A DNA stretch of 64,000 nucleotides from Acidimicrobiales bacterium (GTDB lineage Bacteria > Actinomycetota > Acidimicrobiia > Acidimicrobiales > Bin134): positions 961,545-1,025,544 of the forward strand of contig OZ220703.1 of assembly GCA_965116535.1 (NCBI GenBank), in the 5' to 3' direction. This document shows positions 26,054-34,883 of the stretch, piece after piece. The notes beneath the pieces are model-generated. The model was not told the DNA's origin, did no database searches, and saw only the letters and a program-made list of their open reading frames with translations. The position numbers were made by a program, and so were the translations under genes. The stretch's first letter is position 1, and each line of letters opens with the position of its first letter.

Positions 26054-28971
26054 ACCTGAATGAAAATCCCCGAAGGGAGACCGTCCGCGGCATGGCGTCA
26101 GCTGTGCTATTGGTCGGATTGCTGATTGGCGTTCCGATACTTTTGATCCTTGGAGTGGGTTGGCCACTTCCCCAAGGGATCCCCTCGGGCTCGGACATTG
26201 TCACCACCATCAAGACAGGCGCCGTTCCCCCTTCTACCATCTGGAAGACCATCTCGGTCGTAGTGTGGGTTCTCTGGTTCCTTTTGCTTGCCGGGGTAGC
26301 AGTAGAAGCGTGGGCTCACCTGCGAGGTCGAGTTGCCCCCCGAGTTGCCTTCTTGCCTTCGTTCATTCAGCGCTTTTCGGCCCAAATCATGGGTACGGCT
26401 CTCTTGATCGCCTTCTCGCTACAGCATCCAGGACTCGCAACGGCTGACAACCAAGAGCTCCTTGCCCCTACAACATTCAAGATGGATGCCGAGCCCGCAG
26501 TTGCAGAGCCCGCAGATACAGAACCCCTCGCCGTGGAGCGGAACGACAGCCTGCGACAGCTAGCCGACCGGTACCTGGGAGATCCGGAAAAATGGACTGA
26601 GGTGTTCGTCTTGAATGAGGGACAAGATCAGACAGACGGTGGGTCGCCGTCGGACCCAAACCAGCTCCAATCAGGGTGGGAGCTGGTCATGCCCGCTGAA
26701 TCACGTATTCCGAGTGCCAACGAATCCAAAAATGCCGAGAAGTCCGACGTCAACCAGAAGCCCGACGTCCATGCCGCTGAACTCGATCACTCCTTGATCA
26801 CAGTTCAGACCGGCGACACCTTGTGGGGATTAGCGGCTCAGCATCTCGATGACCCGGAGAGGTGGATTGACATTTTCAACTCCAACCGAGACATCATCCA
26901 AGACCCAGAAGTCATCCTGCCTGGATGGCAAATCGAGATCCCAGCCGTTGGTTCCAAGCCAACTGAGGCATTGCCTCCGGCCCAACCCCTGGCGGAGACC
27001 GTTGACCACAGCGCGCTCCAGATCCAACCCCTGGCGGAGACCGTTGACCATGTCGCCCCCGTATCGGCCTACGCCACGGCAAGACCAACCGTGGTGGCCG
27101 TCGTTCCCTCTGAAAGCAATAGCCACCAGTCAATCCCCAACAGGGAGGCAATGTTTGCCATCGGTGGTCTCGGCGTCTTCGCTAGCAGCCTTGGATGGGT
27201 ACTAGCGCGACTTCGACGTACACAACGCCGTCGATTGCCAAATGGTCGAATGCCCGTGCCGCCGTCCGATGGTGCCGTTCAGCTGGACCAACAATTGCAA
27301 GGTGCTTCCGACCCCGACGCGGCTCTGTTTTTGGACGCGTCGTTGCGGATCATGTCTTCTCGAATTGCTGGAAATTTCTCACCCAGTATTATCGGAGTGA
27401 CGATGGACTCAACCAGTGTGTCGATTCATCTCAGCTCGCCTGAAGAGGCTCCACCCGGGTTCCACGTCGGGGACGACGGTACGACTTGGACCTTGCCGAA
27501 GGACCCCAGACTAGAGCTACTCCTTGCTGAGGCCGACAGCGTGCCCGCGCCTCTGCCCACTCTGGCCACCCTGGGCAAGAAAGACGGCGACGAGTTCTTG
27601 CTGAATCTTGAGCACATGGCCGCTCTGAGCTTGGAAGGCAACCACCAAGCGATCCTCGAACTTTGCGCGGCAATGGCAATGCAGTTGGCCAGCAGCCATT
27701 TGGCTGACGATCTCACCGTCTTGTGTGTGGGGTTCGGTCGGGAGCTCACAATGTTGGAACGGGTCGAGTACGTACCCGATCTAGCTTCGGCCACCGAACG
27801 AATCCGGCACCATCAGCGTCAGAATCAGGCATTGCTAGGAAGCCATCATCCCGTCGACCACAGCAGAATCGGAGGCAACGGTGACTTCTCGCACCCAATG
27901 GTGGCATTGGTCCCCAATCGACTGAGTCGGGAAGACGCCTGTGAACTTCTCGAAGCATGTGACTCTTCGGTAAGCGTCGTGGCCCACGGACTCGAGGGCG
28001 CTTCATGGGTGGGTCAATTCAATGAACACGGCCTGCTGCTTCAACCCATCGGACTTCAACTTGAAGCTCACGGATTACCCGATGCAGCCATCGTTGCCTT
28101 TGCCGAATTGGCCTCTTCAGCCAAAGACACCGAGGGAGTGGCCCTGACTGTGCCGCCAGAACCGCAATCGATCGAAGTCAGGTACGACTCTTCCGCCATC
28201 GGCCTACCTGCTGCCGACATTGAGGTCCGAGTGCTGGGAACCATAGAAGTGTTGGGGGCTGCACAACCGTTTACTTCGCGCCGAGCGCTGGATTTGGTTA
28301 CCTACTTGGCCTTTCATCCTGAAGGAGCCGACCGAGACCAGCTGCGAACCCACATTTGGCCCTCCGACGAACCTCCTTCTGAGTCCACTCTGGCCAACAC
28401 GGTAAGTCGCGCCCGCAAGGCCCTTGGGACCAATGAAGACGGTGACCTGTACTTGCCAAGGGTGAGCGCCAAGGGGATTTATCAGCTTCGGGCAGGAGTG
28501 GGGACTGATGTCGGCAGGTTTGAATCACTCATTTCCACCGCCCGCAAGGATGTTGGCGAGCGCAGTCGAGAGCAGCTTCAATCTGCTCTCGACTTGGTCC
28601 GGGGGACTCCCTTTACCGGCGGTGCCGGCGACATGTTCCGATGGGCTGACTTCGGGCTGCGTACCCATATCGATTGCCTGGTTGATACTGCGGCCCACGA
28701 ATTGGCCGAAATGCATTTGGAGGTTGGTGATACCGAAAATGCCAAGAGGGCGGTCTTGACCAGCCTCCGGGTGGTAGGGGTGTGCGAACAGTGCTACCGC
28801 CTGCGGCTGATGGCCGCCGCTGAGAACCCCACTGAAGTGCGCCAGATAATGGCGGAGCTGGTGCGTTTGCTGAAGCGGGAGAGCAATCAACCCGAGTCCG
28901 ACGACCTCATCGGGCCCGAGCTGCTGGAGCTCTACGAGCAGCTAATGCCAACTGGCTCGTTGTTCAGGTAG
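26050..28971 (+). CDS. Membrane-anchored LysM-LysM / winged-helix + BTAD (SARP-like) regulator, 973 aa
   Basis: ATGA overlap with the upstream tadG-like gene. It has three N-terminal TM segments and two LysM-like repeats (VERNDSLRQLADRYLGDPEKW...; VQTGDTLWGLAAQHLDDPERW...GWQIEIP). A fourth TM (FAIGGLGVFASSLGWVLARL) follows. The C-terminus is VRVLGTIEVLG...LDLVTYLAFHP...LRTHIWP (OmpR/SARP wHTH) plus a helical BTAD-like region. Confidence 0.75.
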   Translation: MNLNENPRRETVRGMASAVLLVGLLIGVPILLILGVGWPLPQGIPSGSDIVTTIKTGAVPPSTIWKTISVVVWVLWFLLLAGVAVEAWAHLRGRVAPRVAFLPSFIQRFSAQIMGTALLIAFSLQHPGLATADNQELLAPTTFKMDAEPAVAEPADTEPLAVERNDSLRQLADRYLGDPEKWTEVFVLNEGQDQTDGGSPSDPNQLQSGWELVMPAESRIPSANESKNAEKSDVNQKPDVHAAELDHSLITVQTGDTLWGLAAQHLDDPERWIDIFNSNRDIIQDPEVILPGWQIEIPAVGSKPTEALPPAQPLAETVDHSALQIQPLAETVDHVAPVSAYATARPTVVAVVPSESNSHQSIPNREAMFAIGGLGVFASSLGWVLARLRRTQRRRLPNGRMPVPPSDGAVQLDQQLQGASDPDAALFLDASLRIMSSRIAGNFSPSIIGVTMDSTSVSIHLSSPEEAPPGFHVGDDGTTWTLPKDPRLELLLAEADSVPAPLPTLATLGKKDGDEFLLNLEHMAALSLEGNHQAILELCAAMAMQLASSHLADDLTVLCVGFGRELTMLERVEYVPDLASATERIRHHQRQNQALLGSHHPVDHSRIGGNGDFSHPMVALVPNRLSREDACELLEACDSSVSVVAHGLEGASWVGQFNEHGLLLQPIGLQLEAHGLPDAAIVAFAELASSAKDTEGVALTVPPEPQSIEVRYDSSAIGLPAADIEVRVLGTIEVLGAAQPFTSRRALDLVTYLAFHPEGADRDQLRTHIWPSDEPPSESTLANTVSRARKALGTNEDGDLYLPRVSAKGIYQLRAGVGTDVGRFESLISTARKDVGERSREQLQSALDLVRGTPFTGGAGDMFRWADFGLRTHIDCLVDTAAHELAEMHLEVGDTENAKRAVLTSLRVVGVCEQCYRLRLMAAAENPTEVRQIMAELVRLLKRESNQPESDDLIGPELLELYEQLMPTGSLFR

Positions 28972-30358
28972 TTGGAGGGGGCGGCGACTCCGTCTTGCGG
29001 GTGCGTCGGCGGCGGATCCACCAGATGAGGGCGGCGATGGCTGCGATTATGGGGAGGAAGGGCAGCAGCACGCCGACCACGATCAGTATCACGCTGAACA
29101 CGGCCACCACACCGCTGGCGCCGTCGGAGACGGAGTCGCCGAACCCGGGCAGGGCATCGTCGGTGTCCACCTGAACCCACACCACCGACTCGCCCCACAC
29201 CTCGTCGAGGGCGGTGCCGTCGAAGTTGACCGGGGTGGCGGTGACTTCGAGCTCGATGGGCAGGCCTCGGGTGGCCACCCGGCCGGCCAATCGGCCCTCT
29301 TCTATGGGCAGCTCCAGCACTGCGGCCATGAGCTCGTTGGGCTCAATGCGGCTGAAGCGGCCCTGGGTGGGTCTGAAGTTGTCGAGGTTGAGGCGCAGGT
29401 TTCGGGTGTTCACCTCCACGTCGGTGAGCGCCGATGTGCCGGTGTTCTCCACTTCCAGGCAGAGATAGATCTCGGCCTCGGGCTCCACGGTGATGTTCTG
29501 CACGCCCAGGCACGGTTCGTCGGCATCCTCGGACACCCAGGCGGTTACCAGAATGCCGGTGTCGGGCAAAACGGTAGGCGACTGGGTGATGGTGAGCGTG
29601 ATGGTGGCCAGATCGACCTGGTCTTGGAGGGTGCGAAGCTGGCCCCTCAGTCGCTCCAGGGTGGTCTCCCGATCCAGCAGCTCCCGCTCGAGTTCGGCCA
29701 CGTCTTCGAGATCGGTGGCTTCTTGGAGGAAGTTCCGCAGCCGGTCCACGCTGGCCTCGGCGGTGATGATGCGGCTTCTCAAGTCGACGATGATCTCGGT
29801 CACGTCGTCGGAGGTGATGGACTGGTCGACCAGCTTGCCAACCCCCGACAGCCGCTCAAGGGCGGTGGAGAAGTCGGCGGGCAGCACCTTGAAGGTGATG
29901 CTGGTGCGGGGCCGGGGTTCGGTTCGGGTGTTCTGAGAGAACACGATGCCGCCCAGGCCCTGCACGGTGGACACCGCCTCCCGGCTGGCCGCCTCCACGT
30001 CTTCGGCCTGCACGGAGATCTCGGCGGTGTAGATGATGTCGCGGCCCAGATCGGCGGGGGTGAGAGCGGTGGGAACGGCCAGGCCGCTGTTGTCGCTGGT
30101 TAGTGCAACTTCCATATCGTCAGCAGGCTCGGACTCGGGGACCTCCATCGCTGCCGCTTCTTCGAAATCAGCGGGACCGCTGTCATCCATTGCCATTGCC
30201 GGTTCAGGAAAACCCTCTGATTCCATAACTACCCCACTGTCGTCGTCGCCATTGGCGCCGCAGGCGGCAAACAGCACGAAGAAGGCGCTGAGCACCGCGA
30301 GCAGAACAAAAATGAGTCGGCGGCGTGACTTGGTTGAAGTGCGATTGATATCGGGCAT
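28964..30358 (-). CDS. DUF4349-like lipoprotein with C-terminal TM anchor
   Basis: Lipobox FAACG and an acidic linker. A coiled-coil segment (DRLRNFLQEATDLEDVAELERELLDRETTLERLRGQLRTLQD) is typical of DUF4349. There is a C-terminal TM. It overlaps 26050..28971 convergently by 8 bp. Confidence 0.6.
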   Translation of the reverse strand: MPDINRTSTKSRRRLIFVLLAVLSAFFVLFAACGANGDDDSGVVMESEGFPEPAMAMDDSGPADFEEAAAMEVPESEPADDMEVALTSDNSGLAVPTALTPADLGRDIIYTAEISVQAEDVEAASREAVSTVQGLGGIVFSQNTRTEPRPRTSITFKVLPADFSTALERLSGVGKLVDQSITSDDVTEIIVDLRSRIITAEASVDRLRNFLQEATDLEDVAELERELLDRETTLERLRGQLRTLQDQVDLATITLTITQSPTVLPDTGILVTAWVSEDADEPCLGVQNITVEPEAEIYLCLEVENTGTSALTDVEVNTRNLRLNLDNFRPTQGRFSRIEPNELMAAVLELPIEEGRLAGRVATRGLPIELEVTATPVNFDGTALDEVWGESVVWVQVDTDDALPGFGDSVSDGASGVVAVFSVILIVVGVLLPFLPIIAAIAALIWWIRRRRTRKTESPPPPTT

Positions 30359-30492
30359 GGTGCTTCTCCCCCATGTGCGTTCTCAGATATGACGACGGCC
30401 AAGGCCGCTGGGTTCCCCGAGCGATCAACTAATGGTGTGTTGCCGGTGGGTACCCTCAGGGCATCAGGGGCGCGGCTGACGACACAGAGCTG

Positions 30493-31038
30493 GTGAAGAA
30501 AGCCCAAAAGGGCGACCACGGCGCGTTCGACGACCTGCTGCGACGGCACTACAACCAGATCTACGCCATCTGCCGGCGGCTGGCCGGCAATGAGGCCGAT
30601 GCTCTGGATGCCGCTCAGGAGGCGCTCATCACCCTGGTGCGGCGCATCGACCGATTCGACGGGCGGTCGAAGTTCACCACCTGGATGCACCGGGTGGTGA
30701 CCAACGCCTGTCTCGACGAATTGCGCCGGAGGGGACGGCGACCGGTGCCGAGCGCGGTGGAAGAACAGCCCTTGGCCGTGGCCGAACGGCCGGTGGCCGA
30801 CTCGGTGGCCGATCGGCTCGACATCGAAACGGCCCTGGTCCAGCTACCCGAAACCTTCCGGGTGCCGCTGGTGTTGTGCGACCAACTGGGCATGAGCTAC
30901 GAGGAGATCTCCCAACAGATGGACATTCCCCCGGGAACGGTGAGATCTCGCATCTCCCGGGGACGCCGACGCCTAGCCGAGCTGCTGGGCGGGAACCCAG
31001 ACGACCCCGGCCAACGTCACACTGGGGAACAATCATGA
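30493..31038 (+). CDS. ECF sigma factor (SigM-like by position)
   Basis: Region 2 ADALDAAQEALITLVRRIDRF...FTTWMHRVVTNACLD and region 4 YEEISQQMDIPPGTVRSRISRGR. It lies upstream of trxB-trxA-cwlM, as sigM does in M. tuberculosis. Confidence 0.8.
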   Translation: MKKAQKGDHGAFDDLLRRHYNQIYAICRRLAGNEADALDAAQEALITLVRRIDRFDGRSKFTTWMHRVVTNACLDELRRRGRRPVPSAVEEQPLAVAERPVADSVADRLDIETALVQLPETFRVPLVLCDQLGMSYEEISQQMDIPPGTVRSRISRGRRRLAELLGGNPDDPGQRHTGEQS

Positions 31039-32018
31039 GCGACGAGCGCGGCGAGATGACCCCACAGCAGATGGACGAGCTGGCCTCCGCCTACTTGGAC
31101 GGAGAGGCCACGCCAGAAGAGGCCGCCCTGGTGGAAGGCGATCCCCGGCTGCAAGAACTGGTGGAAGAGTTCCGGGCGATTCGGGATCTGGTGGCCGCTC
31201 CAGTCGAGCTTCCCTCCGACGAGGTGCGGGATCAGATGATCGCCCAAGCACTGGAACACCGGGCCCCGGTGGTATCGCTGGAGAAGGCCCGGCGCCGGCT
31301 GCGGGCAGTTCCGCCACAGGCCAGGGTGATTCTGGCCGCGGCTGCGGTGGTTGCCGCCATCGCGGTGGCGGGGGTATCGCTGTTCGACCGGGCCGACCGC
31401 GGTGACGACGACATGATGGTGGCCGACGATGCGGGTCCAGCCCCCGCCATGGCCGAAGAGCCGCCAATGGACATGAGGGAGTCGGCGCCCACTTCCGACG
31501 AACAAAGCGAGGTTGCTGCCGAAGAAGTTCCCATGGATGATTCTGCCGCCTCCGCCGAGGTATTTGAGGCTGAAGCCTCCGCCGAGGAGATGATGGACGA
31601 GGAGATGGCCAGCGACGACGCCGAACCCGTCGAGTTGGCGGAGCCCAGCGACGACATGGGCGAACCCGAACTGATGATGGCCGACGAGCCTGAAGCGGCA
31701 CCTACCTCGGGCGAAGCCCCGTTGGTGTTCGAGACCGCGGCCGATCTTGCCGACTACGCGCTGCCACTCGCCGAAGAGCGCATATACGCTCGGGACACCG
31801 AAAGGCCTGACGAAACCACCGACATCGATCTCATGGGCTGCCCGCTGTTCCCCGACGAGGGTCTCGAACTGCTGGCCCGATTTGAGGCATTGGTGGACAA
31901 CGTCGAAGTCCAGGTTTCGGTGTACGTCACCGAAACCGACTTGCAGCTCACCGAGACAACTCCGCCGCCCGAATGCGAGCTGCTCAATTCGCAAGCCTTC
32001 CTCGACTCGCTCAAATAG
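31035..32018 (+). CDS. Anti-sigma factor, single-pass membrane protein with a very acidic extracytoplasmic region
   Basis: ATGA overlap with the sigma gene. N-terminal LASAYLDGEATPEE is an anti-sigma-type motif. The TM is VILAAAAVVAAIAVAGVSLF, followed by D/E/M/A-rich low complexity. Confidence 0.65.
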   Translation: MSDERGEMTPQQMDELASAYLDGEATPEEAALVEGDPRLQELVEEFRAIRDLVAAPVELPSDEVRDQMIAQALEHRAPVVSLEKARRRLRAVPPQARVILAAAAVVAAIAVAGVSLFDRADRGDDDMMVADDAGPAPAMAEEPPMDMRESAPTSDEQSEVAAEEVPMDDSAASAEVFEAEASAEEMMDEEMASDDAEPVELAEPSDDMGEPELMMADEPEAAPTSGEAPLVFETAADLADYALPLAEERIYARDTERPDETTDIDLMGCPLFPDEGLELLARFEALVDNVEVQVSVYVTETDLQLTETTPPPECELLNSQAFLDSLK

Positions 32019-32077
32019 CCCCTGCCCCCTGCCCCCAACATCTGATTTCGACAATCTCGGCGGTAGTCTGAACACCT

Positions 32078-32410
32078 ATGGCTGATGCTGCTGAGCCCAA
32101 GGACGAGGCAACCACCGCATCCGTGCTGGGGCTGTCTGACAATTGGCCCGAGCAGGCCACCGATGCCGTCGTCAATGCCGTGGACAAAGTCCGCGATGTG
32201 ACTACCGGGCCGGTGGTTAACTTCAGCCGCTTGCTGGCCTACCTCGTTTTCGCGGTGTTTCCCCTGCTCATCGTGCTGGTGTTGGGCATTATCGCCGCGG
32301 TGCGGGGTTTGGAGATCGCCACCGGACGAGCTTGGGCCGCCCATGGCATCCTCGGGTTGGTGTTCGTGTCGCTGGGTACCCTCGCCTGGCGGAAGCGACC
32401 AGCCTCATGA
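32078..32410 (+). CDS. Small membrane protein, unknown function
   Basis: 110 aa with two predicted TM segments. It overlaps the trxB start by 4 nt. Confidence 0.45.
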   Translation: MADAAEPKDEATTASVLGLSDNWPEQATDAVVNAVDKVRDVTTGPVVNFSRLLAYLVFAVFPLLIVLVLGIIAAVRGLEIATGRAWAAHGILGLVFVSLGTLAWRKRPAS

Positions 32411-33393
32411 GCGGTGCTCTTATGAACGATCAAGGTATCCGCAACGTCGTCATCATCGGCTCAGGGCCGGCCGGGTTGACCGCGGCCGTCTACTCTGCCC
32501 GGGCCAACCTCGCTCCACTGGTAATCGAAGGCGAGCCGTCGTCCACCAGCGATCAACCAGGTGGCCAGCTGATGCTCACCACCGACGTGGAAAATTACCC
32601 CGGCTTTCCCGATGGGGTGATGGGGCCCGAGCTGATGATCAAGTTCCGGGAACAGGCCCAGAGGTTCGGCGCGGAGATGCTCACCGAGAAGGTCAGCCGG
32701 GTTGATTTGTCGGGCCCGCCGCACGGCATTTGGGTGGGTGATCCGAATGCGCCCGAGCCCACCTATCGGGCCTGGGCAGTGATCGTGTCTACTGGAGCTC
32801 AATCGCTAATGCTGGGGCTGGAGGCCGAAGAGCGGCTGATCGGACACGGTCTGTCCACATGTGCCACCTGCGATGGCTTCTTCTTCCGGGATCAGCACAT
32901 CGCAGTGGTCGGCGGTGGTGACTCCGCCATGGAGGAAGCCACCTTTTTGACTCGATTTGCATCGAAAGTCACAGTAATCCATCGAAGAGACGAGTTGCGG
33001 GCTTCCAAGATCATGCAGGATCGGGCGTTTGCCAACGACCGCATTGAGTTTCTTTGGAACAGTGTGATAACTGAAATTCGAGGCGAGGATAAACTCGCCG
33101 GCGTCGAAGTGCAGAACACCGTCACCGGAGAGACCTCGGAGCTGGACGTGACCGGCCTGTTCATCGCCATCGGCCATCGGCCCAACACCGACTTATTCGA
33201 AGGACAACTGAAGCGCAAGGAGAACGGATACCTGGTAACCGAACCTGACTCCAGCCACACTGACATCGAAGGTGTTTTCGCCTGCGGCGACGTACAGGAC
33301 GATGTGTACCGCCAAGCAGTGACCGCCGCCGGCTCAGGCTGCATGGCCGCCATTGATGCTGAGCGGTGGCTGGAATCGGCTGGACACGCCTAG
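32407..33393 (+). CDS. trxB: Thioredoxin-disulfide reductase
   Basis: VVIIGSGPAGLTAAVY (FAD), active site CATCDG, and VVGGGDSAMEEA (NADPH). The track ORF was trimmed to ATG 32407. Confidence 0.92.
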   Translation: MSGALMNDQGIRNVVIIGSGPAGLTAAVYSARANLAPLVIEGEPSSTSDQPGGQLMLTTDVENYPGFPDGVMGPELMIKFREQAQRFGAEMLTEKVSRVDLSGPPHGIWVGDPNAPEPTYRAWAVIVSTGAQSLMLGLEAEERLIGHGLSTCATCDGFFFRDQHIAVVGGGDSAMEEATFLTRFASKVTVIHRRDELRASKIMQDRAFANDRIEFLWNSVITEIRGEDKLAGVEVQNTVTGETSELDVTGLFIAIGHRPNTDLFEGQLKRKENGYLVTEPDSSHTDIEGVFACGDVQDDVYRQAVTAAGSGCMAAIDAERWLESAGHA

Positions 33394-33402
33394 TTCGAAA
33401 AG

Positions 33403-33472
33403 CCGCTGATAGGCTGACCATTCTTCGACCGCTGAGACCGCTGATAGGCTGACCATTCTTCGACCGCTGAGA
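33403..33472. repeat. Perfect 35-bp tandem duplication in the trxB-trxA spacer
   Basis: CCGCTGATAGGCTGACCATTCTTCGACCGCTGAGA occurs at 33403-33437 and again at 33438-33472. Confidence 0.95.
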
Positions 33473-33491
33473 AACGAAGGGATCCTGAAAT

Positions 33492-33821
33492 ATGGCTGAG
33501 AGCATCACCACGCTCACCAACGAGACCTTTGATGAGGTGATCGGCAGCGCGGAGTTGCCGGTTGTCGTCGATTTCTGGGCCGAGTGGTGTGGCCCGTGCA
33601 AGATGATCGCCCCGATCCTCGACGAGATCGCGGTTGAGAAGGCCGGTGTCATCAATGTGGCCAAGCTCAACGTCGACGACGCCCAAGACGTAGCACTTCG
33701 CTATCAGGTGATGAGCATTCCCACGCTGATTGTGTTCAAAGACGGGGAGCCAGCCAAGCGGATCGTCGGGGCAAAGGGCAAACAACAGCTGCTTCAGGAG
33801 ATCGGCGAAGTCGCCTTCTGA
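33492..33821 (+). CDS. trxA: Thioredoxin
   Basis: WAEWCGPCK active site, 109 aa. Confidence 0.95.
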   Translation: MAESITTLTNETFDEVIGSAELPVVVDFWAEWCGPCKMIAPILDEIAVEKAGVINVAKLNVDDAQDVALRYQVMSIPTLIVFKDGEPAKRIVGAKGKQQLLQEIGEVAF

Positions 33822-33864
33822 TACACGCTCATAGCCTGCGGGGGTTGTAGCAGGAGCACCAGTT

Positions 33865-34845
33865 TTGGCCAATACCCAACTCCCCACCTTGAAACGAGGA
33901 GACGAGAGCGAAAGCGTCGCTCTCTTGCAACAGCAGTTGGCAACCGCTGGGTTCGCCCTCGCGCTAGCGGCAAACGGGACCTTCGATGCCTCTACTGCCG
34001 CAGCCGTTGCTGATTTCCAGGCCAGTCGGGGCCTCACCGTCGACGGCATCTGCGGTCCGCACACCTGGATCGCATTGCAAGAGGCCAATTGGTCGCTGGG
34101 CGATCGAAACCTGTATTTGAGCCAACCGATGCTGCGGGGAGACGACGTCGCAGAATTGCAACTGCGCCTGGGCTCGTTGGGCTTCGACGCCGGGCGGGTG
34201 GACGGTATTTTCGGACCCAACACTGCTGATGCCGTGAAGGAATTCCAGGTCAACAGCGGTCTGATAGCTGATGCCGTGTGCGGCGAGGATACGACGGCCT
34301 CGTTAGAGCGCATGTCAGCCAGAGTGACGCCGGCCACAGTGGCCGCAGTTCGAGAGCGGGCCAAGCTCCAGGGGGCTCCTAGGCGACTTACCGAGCGGCA
34401 CATCATGATCGCTTCGACGAGCACCATGGCCGCAGTGGCCGGAGAGCTGGCTACCGGATTGCGTCGATCAGGAGCAAATGTTAGCGAGATTCCCGACTGG
34501 CCAGAGAACGAGAGAGCTGACGAAGCCAACCGCCTGACCGTGGATGTGTATCTGGGGCTGCTCCCCTCAGAAGAAGAAAAATGTCGAGTGGCCTACTTTG
34601 CCACCGAGGGATTCGTCTCCCCCGGCGGCCACCGACTGGCCAGCATCTTGGGTCAAAGGCTCCCTGCTGCCTTGGGCATCGACGAGGCTGACGTAAGGGG
34701 AATGCGGTTGCCCGTTCTACGGCACACCCGCATGACCGCGGTCCAATGCCTTATCGGCCCCCCCGGCCTCGTGCAGGCCCGTCTCTCCCCCCTCGCCCGC
34801 TCCATCGAAGGCAGTCTGGCCCTATGGGCCACCCGACCTGCTTAA
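33865..34845 (+). CDS. cwlM: CwlM-like protein: two PG_binding_1 repeats plus a degenerate amidase_3-like domain
   Basis: TTG start with a CAGGAG RBS. Two repeats resemble GDxVxxLQxxLxxxGFxxxxxDGxFGPxT. The C-terminal domain lacks a recognisable DPGHGG zinc-site motif. It is syntenic with M. tuberculosis cwlM. Confidence 0.65.
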   Translation: MANTQLPTLKRGDESESVALLQQQLATAGFALALAANGTFDASTAAAVADFQASRGLTVDGICGPHTWIALQEANWSLGDRNLYLSQPMLRGDDVAELQLRLGSLGFDAGRVDGIFGPNTADAVKEFQVNSGLIADAVCGEDTTASLERMSARVTPATVAAVRERAKLQGAPRRLTERHIMIASTSTMAAVAGELATGLRRSGANVSEIPDWPENERADEANRLTVDVYLGLLPSEEEKCRVAYFATEGFVSPGGHRLASILGQRLPAALGIDEADVRGMRLPVLRHTRMTAVQCLIGPPGLVQARLSPLARSIEGSLALWATRPA

Positions 34846-34883
34846 ACACCCACATAGCGAGGCAATGCTTCCGCGGTGGGTGA

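Noticed and set aside
33403-33472. Short direct repeats (35-bp at 33403, 18-bp at 453/2788, 37-bp at 53491) as possible CRISPR arrays
   Set aside because: There are only two adjacent or closely spaced copies, no unique spacers of CRISPR size, and no cas genes. They are simple tandem duplications.
31017-34529. Long minus-strand ORFs 31017..32075 (352 aa) and 33390..34529 (379 aa)
   Set aside because: They are antisense to the anti-sigma gene and to trxA/cwlM respectively. Their composition is low-complexity Arg/Pro/Gly-rich.
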